A DNA stretch of 64,000 nucleotides from Alphaproteobacteria bacterium (GCA_014238535.1 JABAAW010000001.1:911-64910); one strand, 5' to 3'; shown: positions 1 through 11,491, counted from the first letter of the stretch. A program made the numbers and translations. Notes: generated by a model from the letters alone, not told the origin.

Positions 1-894
1 GAGGAACTTTATCGTATCTCTTGCCTATTCGTATCGCATGGTATCGAAACTATTCGTATCACTGGCGGCGAGCCTTTGGTGCGCAAAAACCTTATGGAAC
101 TGCTGCGTGCGCTAGGTGGTTTGCTGGATGCGAGTGCGCATTGCGCGTCGCTTAAAAGCCTTACCCTAACGAGCAATGGAACGCAGCTAGAGCGATATGC
201 AGAGGAGCTGTTTGATTGCGGTATCCGCCGAGTGAATGTTTCGCTGGATTCGCTCGATAGCGAGACATTTTCGCATCTGACGCGCGGAGGGTCCCTTGCT
301 ATCGTTCAGGCTGGTATCGACGCGGCGTTGAAGGCAGGGTTACAGGTTAAGATAAATTGCGTTGCCCTCGCTGGTACTAACGTTTGCGAACAAGAAGTCG
401 ATAGGCTGCTCTCGTGGTGCGGCGAAAAAGGTTGCGACTTGACCTTTATCGAGGTTATGCCGATGGGGGATATTGGCAACGAGAAACGCTTAGATCAATT
501 CTATCCGCTTACCGAACTACGTCGTTCGATCGCTCAACGCTGGACTTTGGAGCAAACTGCATATCGCAGTGGCGGACCAGCGCGCTATACGCGTTGCGCT
601 GAAATGGGGCAGAACATCGGCTTCATCTCGCCCTTGACAGAAAATTTTTGCGACGGCTGCACGCGCGTTCGCGTCACTTGCACTGGCATGCTGTACCCCT
701 GCTTGGGACAAGAGAGTGGTGGCGATTTGCGTGAGCTGTTGCGTGCTCCTCAACGCGATGGCATGCGTTCAGATAGCGCGCTATCGGATAGGATAGCCAG
801 CGTTATAACGAAGAAGACTCGCGGACACGATTTTGTAATCGATGGTAGCGAACGCGCTGGCGTGTCGCGCACGATGAACGCTACTGGTGGGTAA
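1..894 (+). CDS. moaA: GTP 3',8-cyclase MoaA (5' truncated by window edge)
   Basis: Frame open from base 1 (EELYRISCLF...IRITGGEPLV); RVNVSLDSL, FIEVMPMG, C-terminal FCDGCTRVRVT...PCL cluster motif, ends in GG. Confidence 0.95.
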   Translation, partial: EELYRISCLFVSHGIETIRITGGEPLVRKNLMELLRALGGLLDASAHCASLKSLTLTSNGTQLERYAEELFDCGIRRVNVSLDSLDSETFSHLTRGGSLAIVQAGIDAALKAGLQVKINCVALAGTNVCEQEVDRLLSWCGEKGCDLTFIEVMPMGDIGNEKRLDQFYPLTELRRSIAQRWTLEQTAYRSGGPARYTRCAEMGQNIGFISPLTENFCDGCTRVRVTCTGMLYPCLGQESGGDLRELLRAPQRDGMRSDSALSDRIASVITKKTRGHDFVIDGSERAGVSRTMNATGG

Positions 895-915
895 CGAGGT
901 GGGCTGGCGGTTTTT

Positions 916-1698
916 GTGTCGTCGTTACGCGTAGCGATTTTCGCAGCAGACACAGAGAAGGCGAAGCGTTGTCGCGCTTGTATCGAAAAAGTGATCTCGC
1001 CTGTCTCTTTAGAACTAGCTGATTATGTTTTGGCTTTGGGCGGAGATGGTCTGATGCTAGAGGTTTTACGCCGCTACGGCATGCGCGATAAGAAAATTTA
1101 CGGCATTAACTGCGGTAGTGTTGGTTTCTTGATGAACCTTTTTGCTAGCGAGGATTTTAGCTCGCTAGAAAACAAGCTACTTACCGCTGCTACCTATAGC
1201 ATTGCGCCGCTTGTGCTAGAGACAACACAAAAGGATGGTACGAAGCTGTGCCACATTGCCTTTAACGATGTTTCTTTATTTCGCCGCACAGCGCAGGTAG
1301 CGAAGTTGCGCGTTATCATTGATGGCGAGGTGCGTTTGCAGGGTATGCTGTGCGATGGCATCAACCTCTCGACTCCTGCTGGTAGCACTGCCTACAACCT
1401 CTCTTTGCACGGACCTATTTTACCTTTGAGTTCGAATCTCATGGCATTGATGCCGATAGCCCCTTTTCGCCCTCGACGTTGGCGCGGAGCTTTGTTGCCG
1501 CAAGAATCTGTTTTGCAGATAGACTCTTTGGAAAGTGAGAAGCGTCCGATTTCTGCGGTTGCAGACAACGCTGAGGTTATGGACGTTATTTGCGCTTGCA
1601 TCCGCCAAGATAGAGGTAGTGCTGTTTCGGTGCTGTTCGATTCTGAACGCGACCTGCAAGAGCGCGTCATCAAGGAGCAATTTACGGAAGATCATTGA
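916..1698 (+). CDS. nadK: NAD kinase
   Basis: LGGDG, GSVGFLMN, AFNDV, DGINLSTPAGSTAYNLS motifs. Confidence 0.95.
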   Translation: MSSLRVAIFAADTEKAKRCRACIEKVISPVSLELADYVLALGGDGLMLEVLRRYGMRDKKIYGINCGSVGFLMNLFASEDFSSLENKLLTAATYSIAPLVLETTQKDGTKLCHIAFNDVSLFRRTAQVAKLRVIIDGEVRLQGMLCDGINLSTPAGSTAYNLSLHGPILPLSSNLMALMPIAPFRPRRWRGALLPQESVLQIDSLESEKRPISAVADNAEVMDVICACIRQDRGSAVSVLFDSERDLQERVIKEQFTEDH

Positions 1699-1730
1699 TG
1701 GATATCGATTAGGAAGCGGGTAGAATTGTA

Positions 1731-3170
1731 ATGGAAGTATGGGATTTTTGTGTTATCGGAGCGGGCTCTGGCGGCATTCGAGCTGCGCGGCGGGCTGCTT
1801 CCTATGGTGCGAAAACAGCTGTTATCGAGCACTCGGCGCTTGGAGGCACATGCGTTAATAGAGGTTGCATTCCGAAGAAGCTGTACGTTTATGCGGGCTC
1901 GCATAGCGGGCAGTTTGTCGAGGCTGGGCTTTTTGGTTGGCGCGGGTTAGAGGGGCATTCATTTTCTTTGGATTTGTTGCGCGCGCAGAAGGACGAGGAA
2001 TTGTCGCGCCTACAGGCTCTCTATGCTGCAGGCTGTGCTGCTGATGGTGTGAGTGTTTTTCGTGGTAGCGCGTGCATTACGGGTAGGCGCGAAGGTTGCT
2101 TTTCGATTGGCATTGCGGGTGGTAACGATTCTCAACAGGAGTTGCGTGCGCGGCGTATTTTGATTGCAACGGGTGGCGAGCCACTACCATTGGCGGAAGT
2201 TGGTGGTGAAGCCTTTACGGGTGGCGAGCTGGCTAGTGTTTCGGATATAGTTTTTGAGTTAGAGTCGCTACCAGCGCGAGTTGTTGTTTTGGGTGGTGGG
2301 TATATCGCGCTTGAGTGCGCGAGTATTTTCAACGCCTTGGGCTCGCGCACGACCTTGCTACATCGCAACGAGGTGCTTTTGCGCTCGTTTGACCGCGGGA
2401 TTGTGAAGCATTGTTTGGACGCTATGGTTGCGCGCGGCGTAGATTGTAGGCTTTCTAGCCGTTTGCTGGGTCTTTCAAGCAAGCGTGCGAAAGACGGAAG
2501 CGAGGAGATACAGCTGGACATAGAGGAGTGCGCTTCTTTGTCGTGTGATTTTGTTTTGGCGGCGATTGGTCGGCGCGCGTGCACGCGCGAGCTAGGTCTC
2601 GCTGCGGTTGGTGTTGCGTTGGACGAGCGCGGCAAGATTATAACGGACGAACATTTTGCGAGTTCGGTTGATGGTATCTATGCGATAGGGGATGTAACGG
2701 CTTCGCCTGAGTTGACGCCGATTGCTATCCGCCAGGCGGAGGTTTTGACGCGCTGTCTTTTTGCTGGTAGCGATGAGGTTTTCGACGCGCGAGTTTTACC
2801 TCGCGCGGTATTTGCGAGTCCTGCTATTGCGAGCGTCGGTTTGTCTGAAGAGGAGGCGCGCGAGCAAGGAAGCGTTCGTGTTTATGAGTCGCGTTTTGTT
2901 CCTTTGCGCGCTAGTTTTGCTGCGCGTTCAGGTACTAGGGTTAGTGCAGGCGATAGGTCTATGCTGAAGTTGATCGAGCGTGGCGGCGGCGCGGTTGGTA
3001 GCGGCGAGGTTTTGGGCTGCCACATGGTGGGTGCGGACGCGCCTGAGATTATTCAAGCTTTGGCTCCTGCTTTGCAGGTTAGGGCTAGGAAAAAAGACTT
3101 TGACGATGTCGTAGCTTTGCATCCGACGAATGCTGAGGAATTCATGACTATGCGTGATTTTCGCGAGTGA
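1731..3170 (+). CDS. gor: Glutathione-disulfide reductase
   Basis: GAGSGG, LGGTCVNRGCIPKK, GGGYIALE, C-terminal HPTNAEEF. Confidence 0.93.
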   Translation: MEVWDFCVIGAGSGGIRAARRAASYGAKTAVIEHSALGGTCVNRGCIPKKLYVYAGSHSGQFVEAGLFGWRGLEGHSFSLDLLRAQKDEELSRLQALYAAGCAADGVSVFRGSACITGRREGCFSIGIAGGNDSQQELRARRILIATGGEPLPLAEVGGEAFTGGELASVSDIVFELESLPARVVVLGGGYIALECASIFNALGSRTTLLHRNEVLLRSFDRGIVKHCLDAMVARGVDCRLSSRLLGLSSKRAKDGSEEIQLDIEECASLSCDFVLAAIGRRACTRELGLAAVGVALDERGKIITDEHFASSVDGIYAIGDVTASPELTPIAIRQAEVLTRCLFAGSDEVFDARVLPRAVFASPAIASVGLSEEEAREQGSVRVYESRFVPLRASFAARSGTRVSAGDRSMLKLIERGGGAVGSGEVLGCHMVGADAPEIIQALAPALQVRARKKDFDDVVALHPTNAEEFMTMRDFRE

Positions 3171-3206
3171 TATACACCTAGCTTAATTTTTGTATTGTTG
3201 AAGAGC

Positions 3207-3698
3207 ATGCGTGGATATTTCGGGGTTGGCATTGAGAACTTGTCGAAGGCGCACAATGCAGGAGCACTATATCGCACGGCGCATGCGTTCGGAGCGGACT
3301 TCGTTTTTGCGTTTGGCGAGCGTCTGCCTACGCGCCTATTGCAGCAGGTAGATACATCGAAGGTTGGTCGTCATGTGCCTTTTTACTGCTATAGCGGGCT
3401 TGAGGAAATGGTTTTACCGAATGGCTGCGCGTTGGTAGGCGTTGAGTTATGCGCGCATGCACGCGAGCTTCCTGAGTTTGAACATCCCTCTCGTGCGGTA
3501 TATGTCTTTGGACCAGAGCGCGGCGATTTGTCATCGGATGTTTTAGACCATTGCCATAGCGTTATTAAAATTCCTACTCGTTTTTGTTTGAATGTAGGCA
3601 TTGCTTGCGCTGTCGTCATGTATGATAGAGGATTGAGCTTGGGAAGTTGGGGGGCTCGTAAGGGTTTTGGAGCGAGCAACAAAGGATATAAAACATAG
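3207..3698 (+). CDS. SpoU/TrmH-family RNA methyltransferase
   Basis: NAGALYRTAHAFGA, YVFGPERG, CLNVGIA SPOUT motifs; ATG at 3207 chosen. Confidence 0.9.
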   Translation: MRGYFGVGIENLSKAHNAGALYRTAHAFGADFVFAFGERLPTRLLQQVDTSKVGRHVPFYCYSGLEEMVLPNGCALVGVELCAHARELPEFEHPSRAVYVFGPERGDLSSDVLDHCHSVIKIPTRFCLNVGIACAVVMYDRGLSLGSWGARKGFGASNKGYKT

Positions 3699-3739
3699 AG
3701 GCAACGGGCTAACTAGTTGTTAAGCTATTGCGCTACTAC

Positions 3740-4852
3740 TTATATTTTGCTCCGTCTATTATTAGCCTCTGCTCGCTTTGCAATTCCTAGCACATAGCGT
3801 TCTGCTAGCGTCCATTGTAATTTTGGTTTGCGTTTAATAAGTTTCTCGCAGTCTATGCCGTCGCCTAGCAACCGATATAGGTTGCGACTATTCCATCTTC
3901 TTACTTGCGAGCTTAGTCTTTCTCGCAAATGGAATAGGACAAATGGGCGCCAATGTGCGATGGCACTCCGCAGTTTAGCGCCATCGTCTCTGCCACGAGC
4001 TGCTAAACTTGTTAGACATTGTATATGGCGCATGACCGACCTGACGAGCACGATGCCATTAATTTGCGATACTTTTAACCTGCTTAGCGCGCGTGCGCAA
4101 TTCTCGCTATGACCGTCGAAGGCGTCGTATAAGATTTCGCCGATTCTCGTTTCTCGCCATTCGCTTAGTAGTTCCCATACTTGCTCGTCAATTTTACCAC
4201 CTGTGCCATAGTATAAAACGACTTTTTCTAACTCTTGCTTGGCAGCCATCCTATCTGCGCATAGGATTTCGCCCATCGCCTGTAGCAAGTGGTCTTTAAC
4301 TTCGATCTGCTCCTTATGCAGGACCGCCTTTATCATAGGAATAACATCGCTACTGCGTTCCTCATAGCATGCGAAGACCGTAGCCTTTTCTTCAAAGATT
4401 TTACGTAAAACAGCGTCTTTGCGCAAAGCCTGCCCCCGCACGATCAAGATGCTATCTCCGTTTTTGCTTTCTTCGTCCTTGGATAGCTCTTCTAGGCAAT
4501 CGGTAAATACTGCGCGCGCATCAAACTTATCGGCTCCACTAACTTCCAGCAGAACGATTTTTTTGCCACCAAACAAAGAAGGAGAACAAAGCATGTCGCG
4601 TAATTTTTCGCCGCCCTTGGTAAGTGCCTGTATACTTATCCGCACGACCCCTTCGTGGTTACTAGCAAGGCTACTTTTGCGACGTATGCCCCCTTCGCTG
4701 TCGTATCCTAATGCCGCTGCAAGCACGCGTTGTTCGTAGTAGCGCGCCAAGCCCTCGTTTGGTCCGTATAGCAACCAAGCGCGAGGCAAAGCCTTGTTGT
4801 TATTCTTTACTGCTGTTAGGCAAGCATCGACCTCGTTGCGCTTTAAGATCAC
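3740..4852 (-). CDS. holA: DNA polymerase III delta subunit
   Basis: LLYGPNEGL, SPSLFGGKKIV, ELEKVVLY; canonical leuS-lptE-holA order. Confidence 0.88.
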   Translation of the reverse strand: MILKRNEVDACLTAVKNNNKALPRAWLLYGPNEGLARYYEQRVLAAALGYDSEGGIRRKSSLASNHEGVVRISIQALTKGGEKLRDMLCSPSLFGGKKIVLLEVSGADKFDARAVFTDCLEELSKDEESKNGDSILIVRGQALRKDAVLRKIFEEKATVFACYEERSSDVIPMIKAVLHKEQIEVKDHLLQAMGEILCADRMAAKQELEKVVLYYGTGGKIDEQVWELLSEWRETRIGEILYDAFDGHSENCARALSRLKVSQINGIVLVRSVMRHIQCLTSLAARGRDDGAKLRSAIAHWRPFVLFHLRERLSSQVRRWNSRNLYRLLGDGIDCEKLIKRKPKLQWTLAERYVLGIAKRAEANNRRSKI

Positions 4853-4860
4853 TTTTCAGA

Positions 4861-5448
4861 TTAATTTTTATGGGAATTAGGTTCGTTTTTGCTATCTGCA
4901 TTGTTTCTCTTTTTCCTTGTTGCTTCGGCGAAAAAGTATAAGCGTGCGCGCAGTGCTATCTCTCCTGCGATGCGCTCGATTACATGCCTTATGGCTTCTT
5001 CTTCGGCATCGCGTCTTGCTAAAAACTCTGATAGCACAGTGTAATCGCTACGCTCGCTAAAGCTACCTTCCAGCACTACTTCATCTGCTTTATTTTTTGT
5101 AAGTTTGAAAATAGTTTTAACTTTAACTTCACCGATTATTCGTTCGCGCGGGAAGTTGCGTTCTTTCTTTTTGACTTCCATCGCAATTTGCAATTTGTGA
5201 GTTTTGTTTTTCTTCCTGTTGCTTGTGTTGAAGCGTCTCTCTAATTCTGCTCGTAAGATTTGTCCCCTACGCTCTGCAATGGGCTCCACAAAAATGCGCG
5301 CTAGACTATCGCCCGCGCTTTGCAGGTCGCTTGCTTGATATGGAGCGACTGGCTTAAGGCAAGCACTCGGTGCAAGACAAAGTATGCTAACGCTTGCCAT
5401 AACGGTGCAAAGTTTTTGTAAATTAGCCAGTCGTAGAATTTCAATCAT
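4861..5448 (-). CDS. lptE: LPS assembly lipoprotein LptE
   Basis: Lipobox-like APSAC, RRGQILRAELERRF; lies between leuS and holA. Confidence 0.75.
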   Translation of the reverse strand: MIEILRLANLQKLCTVMASVSILCLAPSACLKPVAPYQASDLQSAGDSLARIFVEPIAERRGQILRAELERRFNTSNRKKNKTHKLQIAMEVKKKERNFPRERIIGEVKVKTIFKLTKNKADEVVLEGSFSERSDYTVLSEFLARRDAEEEAIRHVIERIAGEIALRARLYFFAEATRKKRNNADSKNEPNSHKN

Positions 5449-5480
5449 TGTCTATGAACGCTACTAGGAAGGGAGGTTCA

Positions 5481-8237
5481 CTAGGATGCTTTTGCCGCTG
5501 TTTCAGAGGTTTTTTCTCTTTCGACGATTATGTTTACTATTTTATTCGGCACGAAAATAATTTTTTTGATGCTCGCCTCACCTAAGTTTCGTTGTACATT
5601 ATCTTGTTGCAAGGCTTTTTTTTCTGCAATCGTCTGCTCGCAATTTGCAGGCAAGCGCATCGCGGCGCGCATTTTCCCGTTTATCTGCACGGCGAGCACG
5701 ACCTCCTGCTCGCTAGCTTTTTCTTCATCGAAACTTGGCCAAGTAGTTTCCGCCAAAGTGTTTTCGCCGTCGATTTTCTGCCACAGTTCTTCGGTTATAT
5801 GCGGAATGAATGGATTGAAAAGACGTAGCAAGCAGGCGAATGCTACCTCGCGCTGTTTTTGCACCTCTGTGCTTGTCGCTATGCTTGTTTTTTGGCAATC
5901 CTCTATATCGTTGCTGAGACTACGCAGTTTAGCGATAGCGCGGTTAAAACGAAGTTGTTCTATGTCTATGGTAATATCGCGAATGGCTTGGTGTGTTGCG
6001 CGCTGCAGCTCATTTGGTGATAGAATTTTAGTCCTTTCGTCGTTTTCCTGAATGCCATCTTTAGACTTATTGCCCTGCGTTTTTTTTTCCTTATTGATAT
6101 CCTCAGCTATGCGCCATAGCCTATGCATAAATTTGGCGGCGCCCTTAATTCCATCCCCGCTCCATTCTAAATCACGCTCTGGTGGCGAGTCCGAAAGCAT
6201 GAACATGCGTGCCGTGTCTGCACCGTAGTTAGTGATGACGCTTTTTGGGTCGACGATATTTTTTTTCGACTTGCTCATTTTTTCACTCCGCCCGCGAATG
6301 ACTTTTGCGCCTGTTATTTTATCGGTGTAAGTATTTTTTTGTGCGCCCCTTCCATGTTTGACTTGGTGCGGGAATAGGAATTTTTTACTTTTTTCATCTT
6401 GGTATGTAGCGTGGCAAACCATACCTTGCGTAAATAACCCCTCGAAGGGTTCGACGATTTCTGTTAGATGCCCGCACTCGACGAGCGCGCGAGTAAAGAA
6501 GCGAGCGTAAAGTAGGTGCAGGATTGCATGCTCGACTCCTCCGATGTACTGGTCGACTGGTAGCCATCGTTGTGCTTGTTTTGCAATGGCTTGCTTTTCG
6601 TTGCGCGGGTCGCAAAAGCGTAGAAAGTACCACGAGGACTCGACGAAGGTATCGAATGTATCGGTGTCGCGTTCAGCCTCACTTTTGCAGCTGGGGCATT
6701 TTGTTTTGCGCCACTCTTTCGCTCTCTCCAGTGGGTTGCCTGGTTTATCAAACGAGACATCTTGTGGCAGTTTTATGGGTAGTGTCTCTCGAGGGGCTGG
6801 TACGACTCCGCATTTTTTGCAATGTATTACGGGTATTGGGCATCCCCAGTATCGCTGTCGCGAGACGCCCCAATCTCGCAAGCGCCATGTTGTTTTTTTC
6901 TCGCCCAGCCCGTTTTCTTGCAATTTTTGGATAGCGCGCGTGATGGCTTTTTCGGTTGTTAGTCCGTCGAGAAACTTTGAGTGTATCATAGTGCCGTCCC
7001 CGACCCACGCGGTGTCGGTTATGGCGAAGGTTGTGCTATCTTTACCTTTCGGTAGAACTACGGGTTTTACATCTAGCTTATACTTGCGTGCGAAATCTAA
7101 GTCGCGTTGGTCGTGTGCGGGGCAGGCGAAGATAGCACCCGTTCCGTATTCCATCAGCACATAGTCGCATACGAATAGAGGTAGGAGCGTGTTTTTATCG
7201 AGCGGATGCTCTAAGCGTATTTTGCTATCGACGCCACTTTTTTCTTTGTCTTCGGCGTTGTTTTGTGCGTTTGCTTTGCTATTTGCCTGTTTGACATATT
7301 CTGCGAGTTCTTCGTTAGTTTCGGCTAGTTTTTCGCATAACGGATGATTAGGCGACATAGCGCAGAAGGTTGCGCCGAAGATAGTGTCTGGTCTTGTCGA
7401 GAAGACCTCTAGAGTTTTTGGTAGCGTTTCTACTTTTTCACTCTGCTGTTTTTTGATATTGAAGCGTATCAGGCATCCTTGCGACTTTCCGATCCAGTTT
7501 CGTTGCATGGTTTTGACTTTTTCAGGCCATTTTTCTAATCCGTCGAGTGCGGCGAGTAGCTGCGGTGCGAATTGTGTAATTCTGAAGAACCACTGTGCGA
7601 GTTTTCTTTTTTCTACTATGGCTCCTGAGCGCCAGCCCTTGCCATCGATGACTTGTTCGTTTGCGAGCACGGAGTTTTCGCTAGGGTCCCAGTTGACCCA
7701 TGCTTTTTTTCGGTAAGCGAGTCCTTTTTCTAACAGATCGAGAAACATGTTTTGTTCGTGTTTGTAGTATTTTGGGTTGCATGTTGCTATCTCTCTTGTC
7801 CAATCGATGTCGAGTCCCATCGATTGCAGCTGCTTTCGCATTGCGTCTATATTATTTTTTGTCCAAGTTTTAGGATGTTCTTGGTGTTCGAGTGCTGCGT
7901 TTTCTGCGGGCAATCCGAAAGCGTCCCATCCCATCGGGTGTAGAACGTCGAAGTTATTTGCGCGATAGAATCGAGCTAGCACGTCGCCGAGGGTGTAATT
8001 TCGCACGTGCCCCATGTGGATGTTTCCGGACGGATATGGAAACATCTCTAGGATGTACTTCTTTTTTCGTTTAGGTTTTTGTTCGCTTTGTTCTACTTCT
8101 GAGGAATGTTTTTGTTGCGCTTGCTCTTTCAGCCATCGTTGCTGCCATTTTTTTTCGATAACTCGGTGTTCGTAGCGTGTGTTACATTCGCCAGCGTTGA
8201 GGTTTTCTTTTAGATTTTTGTTGTTATAGTTTTGCAT
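5481..8237 (-). CDS. leuS: Leucine--tRNA ligase
   Basis: [21 protein letters not shown], editing-domain [15 protein letters not shown]. Confidence 0.98.
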   Translation of the reverse strand: MQNYNNKNLKENLNAGECNTRYEHRVIEKKWQQRWLKEQAQQKHSSEVEQSEQKPKRKKKYILEMFPYPSGNIHMGHVRNYTLGDVLARFYRANNFDVLHPMGWDAFGLPAENAALEHQEHPKTWTKNNIDAMRKQLQSMGLDIDWTREIATCNPKYYKHEQNMFLDLLEKGLAYRKKAWVNWDPSENSVLANEQVIDGKGWRSGAIVEKRKLAQWFFRITQFAPQLLAALDGLEKWPEKVKTMQRNWIGKSQGCLIRFNIKKQQSEKVETLPKTLEVFSTRPDTIFGATFCAMSPNHPLCEKLAETNEELAEYVKQANSKANAQNNAEDKEKSGVDSKIRLEHPLDKNTLLPLFVCDYVLMEYGTGAIFACPAHDQRDLDFARKYKLDVKPVVLPKGKDSTTFAITDTAWVGDGTMIHSKFLDGLTTEKAITRAIQKLQENGLGEKKTTWRLRDWGVSRQRYWGCPIPVIHCKKCGVVPAPRETLPIKLPQDVSFDKPGNPLERAKEWRKTKCPSCKSEAERDTDTFDTFVESSWYFLRFCDPRNEKQAIAKQAQRWLPVDQYIGGVEHAILHLLYARFFTRALVECGHLTEIVEPFEGLFTQGMVCHATYQDEKSKKFLFPHQVKHGRGAQKNTYTDKITGAKVIRGRSEKMSKSKKNIVDPKSVITNYGADTARMFMLSDSPPERDLEWSGDGIKGAAKFMHRLWRIAEDINKEKKTQGNKSKDGIQENDERTKILSPNELQRATHQAIRDITIDIEQLRFNRAIAKLRSLSNDIEDCQKTSIATSTEVQKQREVAFACLLRLFNPFIPHITEELWQKIDGENTLAETTWPSFDEEKASEQEVVLAVQINGKMRAAMRLPANCEQTIAEKKALQQDNVQRNLGEASIKKIIFVPNKIVNIIVEREKTSETAAKAS

Positions 8238-8796
8238 CGGCGATCAAGTCGCGCGCGCGCGTCAGCATAGTATCTTCGATTTTTCTTACGGTGTCTTTGT
8301 CGGTATCTTCGTTGCGCCAAACGCTCCCGCGTAAGCGTTGCGAGAAGACGTTTACGGACAGTGCGTCGCTTCGGAAATCTGGTCCAATGATGCGCACGGT
8401 AATTTTATAGCGCTGTGCTGGTTTTTCGGGTGGCGAGTACCAGTCTGTGGCTATTACTCCGCCGTTGAAGTCGGACGATAGCAGTGGCATGAAATTGATG
8501 GTTTCTAGTGCTCCTTGCCATAGGTATACGTTAGTATTTTGCCTAGCGTTGACTATTGTATTTTGCGTATTCGGTGCTTTGTTTTTTTTCTTACCAAACG
8601 AGAACAGTTTTCGAGGTTTATCGTCGGGTTTGCCTTCTCTACCGATTTTACCACCTCTTCTATCGCGTTTGTCTTCGACGGTTAGGTTTTCTTCTTCTGT
8701 TGCGCGTCGCACATTAGGGCTATTGCATGCGTTGAGTAGCATTAGTGCTACGAGGCTTGCGAGTATGTGTCGGCGTGTGTTTTTGTAGTGGAGCAT
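8224..8796 (-). CDS. DUF3576-family lipoprotein
   Basis: Lipobox [38 protein letters not shown]; usual alphaproteobacterial neighbour of leuS. Confidence 0.85.
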   Translation of the reverse strand: MLHYKNTRRHILASLVALMLLNACNSPNVRRATEEENLTVEDKRDRRGGKIGREGKPDDKPRKLFSFGKKKNKAPNTQNTIVNARQNTNVYLWQGALETINFMPLLSSDFNGGVIATDWYSPPEKPAQRYKITVRIIGPDFRSDALSVNVFSQRLRGSVWRNEDTDKDTVRKIEDTMLTRARDLIADAKL

Positions 8797-8892
8797 GCCT
8801 TTAGTATAGCAGAGTGAAGTTATCAGGCAAGGTTATGGCAAAGGGATATGCTAGGCATGAGTTATCACTCGCTATGAATTCTTGTTACGGGT

Positions 8893-8914
8893 TATAATAC
8901 TTTTTTGCAGGAGG
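8893..8914 (+). promoter_or_regulatory. Putative -10 box (TATAAT, 8893-8898) and Shine-Dalgarno (AGGAGG) upstream of gabD
   Basis: Consensus TATAAT and CAGGAGG directly upstream of ATG 8926; no clear -35 identified. Confidence 0.4.
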
Positions 8915-8925
8915 TTTCACACAAT

Positions 8926-10398
8926 ATGGATAAGCAGGTAGGATTTGCAGCCCCTGACGGCTGCTATATTGATGGTGCTTGGGTTTCTTCGTCTTCGGGT
9001 TGTTGTTTTTCTAGCATTAACCCTGCGACGGGCGAGGTTTTGGGAGAAATTCCAAGCTTGGGCGCGTCAGAGACACACGCAGCGATAGAAGCTGCTTCGC
9101 GAGCGTTGGTTGATTGGCGTTCGCGCACGGCATCGGAGCGTGGGCAGTTTCTGCGTCTTTTTGGCGATAAGCTTGGCGAGCATTGTGAGGATTTGGCGCA
9201 TTTATTGACTATTGAGCAAGGCAAGCCGCTCTCGGAATCGCGCGGTGAAGTATCTTATGCGCAGTCTTTTCTCTATTGGTTTGCTGAGGAGGGTCTTCGT
9301 CTCTATGGCGATGTGATTCCCAGCCACACGAAAGATGCGCGTTTGCTTGCGCTGAAGCAAGGAGTTGGTGTTTGCGCGTTGATTACGCCTTGGAATTTTC
9401 CCTACGCGATGATAACACGCAAGCTTGGCGCGGCATTGGCGGCGGGTTGCACGGCGATAGTTAAGCCTGCGGAACAGACTCCACTATGCGCGCTTGCCTT
9501 GGCTCGTTTGGGAGAGGAGGCTGGTTTTCCACGCGGTGTTTTCAATGTAGTTACAGGAGACGCTGCTACTATCGGTGGAGCGTTTATGGCAAGCGATGTA
9601 GTAAGGAAGGTATCTTTCACTGGCTCGACGGAGGTGGGAAAGCTTTTGATAGCGCAGTCTGCCGCAACGGTTAAGAAATTATCGCTAGAGCTAGGCGGGC
9701 ACGCTCCTTTTATTGTTTGCGAGGACGCCGATGTTGACGCTGCGGTTGAAGGGGCGATGATCTCTAAATTTCGTAATAGCGGTCAAACATGCGTTTGCGC
9801 GAACCGCTTTTATATCCACGAGTCTCTGTATGATTCTTTTGCCGAGCGTTTTGGAGCGAAGATTGCGAAGTTAAAGGTCGGTAATGGTCTTTCATCGGAT
9901 ACGCAACTAGGACCATTGATCGACATGGCGGCGGTAGAGAAGTCTGCAAGGCATGTAAAGGATGCGAAGGAGAAAGGAGCGAAGATTCTTTTTGGCGGCG
10001 CGAGCGCTGATGCGGGCAAGCAATTTTTCCAGCCTACCCTTTTGGGAGAAGTTGATCCCTCGATGCGGATTTTGCAAGAAGAGACGTTTGGTCCCGTAGC
10101 CCCCCTGATACGCTTTAGCAGCTATGAGGATGTTATAAAGCAGGCGAACGATACCCCCTATGGTCTCGCTGCGTATTTCTACAGTCGCGATGTTGGTAGG
10201 ATTTTTAGCCTAGCCGATGGTTTGGACTATGGCATGGTTGTAGCTAATTCGGGTGTTTCGTCGACAGCTTGTGCTCCGTTTGGCGGGGTTAAGCATTCTG
10301 GCTACGGACGCGAAGGCTCGAAGTACGGCATTTTGGAATATGTCGACATAAAATACCTCATGATCGGTGGCTTGGCGTCTAACAAGGACGGGCAGTAG
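8926..10398 (+). CDS. gabD: NAD(P)-dependent succinate-semialdehyde dehydrogenase
   Basis: ITPWNFP, SFTGSTEVGK, LELGGHAP, FRNSGQTCVCANR, EETFGP, GREGSKYG. Confidence 0.92.
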   Translation: MDKQVGFAAPDGCYIDGAWVSSSSGCCFSSINPATGEVLGEIPSLGASETHAAIEAASRALVDWRSRTASERGQFLRLFGDKLGEHCEDLAHLLTIEQGKPLSESRGEVSYAQSFLYWFAEEGLRLYGDVIPSHTKDARLLALKQGVGVCALITPWNFPYAMITRKLGAALAAGCTAIVKPAEQTPLCALALARLGEEAGFPRGVFNVVTGDAATIGGAFMASDVVRKVSFTGSTEVGKLLIAQSAATVKKLSLELGGHAPFIVCEDADVDAAVEGAMISKFRNSGQTCVCANRFYIHESLYDSFAERFGAKIAKLKVGNGLSSDTQLGPLIDMAAVEKSARHVKDAKEKGAKILFGGASADAGKQFFQPTLLGEVDPSMRILQEETFGPVAPLIRFSSYEDVIKQANDTPYGLAAYFYSRDVGRIFSLADGLDYGMVVANSGVSSTACAPFGGVKHSGYGREGSKYGILEYVDIKYLMIGGLASNKDGQ

Positions 10399-10419
10399 TA
10401 TTTACTATCCTTGAGTTCG

Positions 10420-11466
10420 CTAACGAGTGTTGGCGAATGAGCCCATGCTATGCGCTAGTTCGAGCATACGATTTGCGAATCCCCACTCGTTGTCGTACCA
10501 GGCGGTCGTTTGGTACGCATTCTTATCTAACTCTTTTGTCTCCATCGCATCGAAGATAGCACTTTCGCTACGGTGGAGAAAGTCTACGGATACGAGGGGT
10601 TCTTCGCAAACCGCTAGGATTCCTCGCATGGAGGTTTTTGCTTTTTCGCGCATCGCTTGGTTTATGCTTTCGATTGAGCACGACTTTTGTGTAATGCAAT
10701 TAAAGACTAGCGTAGACACGTTTGCGACGGGCACTCTGAGCGAGCTAGCGAGTATTTTTCCTTTCAGTTCAGGTATGGCGAGCGCGAGTGCGTTTGCAGC
10801 TCCGGTCGATGTGGGGATTATAGATAGTGCGGCTGCGCGTGCGCGTCGTGGGTCCTTGTGAAATTTGTCTAGCAGGTTTTGGTCGGGCGTGTAGGCATGG
10901 CATGTTGTTGCGAACCCGCGTTCTATGCCGCATAGCTGTTGTAATACTGAGGCTATAGGCGCGAGGCAGTTCGTCGTGCACGATAGGGCTGATACTATCT
11001 GATGTTGCTGTTCCAACATGCCATCATTGACACCGACGACTATTGATACATCGGGATTTTTTGCTGGCGCAGAAATAAGAACCTTTGCCGCTCCACGCTC
11101 TAGATGTAACTTTGCCCGCTCGCGTGTTTTATAAGCACCGCTACATTCTAAGACGATGTCTATGCCTAGTTTTCGCCAATCGAGTTCTTGCGCCTCGCGT
11201 ATGCGCATGCACGAGACTTCGTGCCCATTGCAAGCAAGGGTGTCCCTCCCAACTACTTCACATGGAGCCTGCATTACGCCGTGTAGAGAGTCGTAGCGTA
11301 ATAAGTGTAGCACCTCGCTTGCTGTTGTCGTTGGGTTAGAGCTGCCGTCGTTGATCGCGATGATCGAGATATTGTTTTTTATATCTAACCTTTCAGCCTC
11401 GATCCACGCGCGTAAGACCAAGCGTCCGATGCGTCCGAAGCCGTTTATGGCGATTTTTATAGGCAT
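10420..11466 (-). CDS. gap: Type I glyceraldehyde-3-phosphate dehydrogenase (divergent)
   Basis: INGFGRIGR, SCTTNCLAP, IIPTSTGAA, WYDNEWGF. Confidence 0.88.
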   Translation of the reverse strand: MPIKIAINGFGRIGRLVLRAWIEAERLDIKNNISIIAINDGSSNPTTTASEVLHLLRYDSLHGVMQAPCEVVGRDTLACNGHEVSCMRIREAQELDWRKLGIDIVLECSGAYKTRERAKLHLERGAAKVLISAPAKNPDVSIVVGVNDGMLEQQHQIVSALSCTTNCLAPIASVLQQLCGIERGFATTCHAYTPDQNLLDKFHKDPRRARAAALSIIPTSTGAANALALAIPELKGKILASSLRVPVANVSTLVFNCITQKSCSIESINQAMREKAKTSMRGILAVCEEPLVSVDFLHRSESAIFDAMETKELDKNAYQTTAWYDNEWGFANRMLELAHSMGSFANTR

Positions 11467-11491
11467 AGTGTTTTCCTTGTTTTGTTTATAT

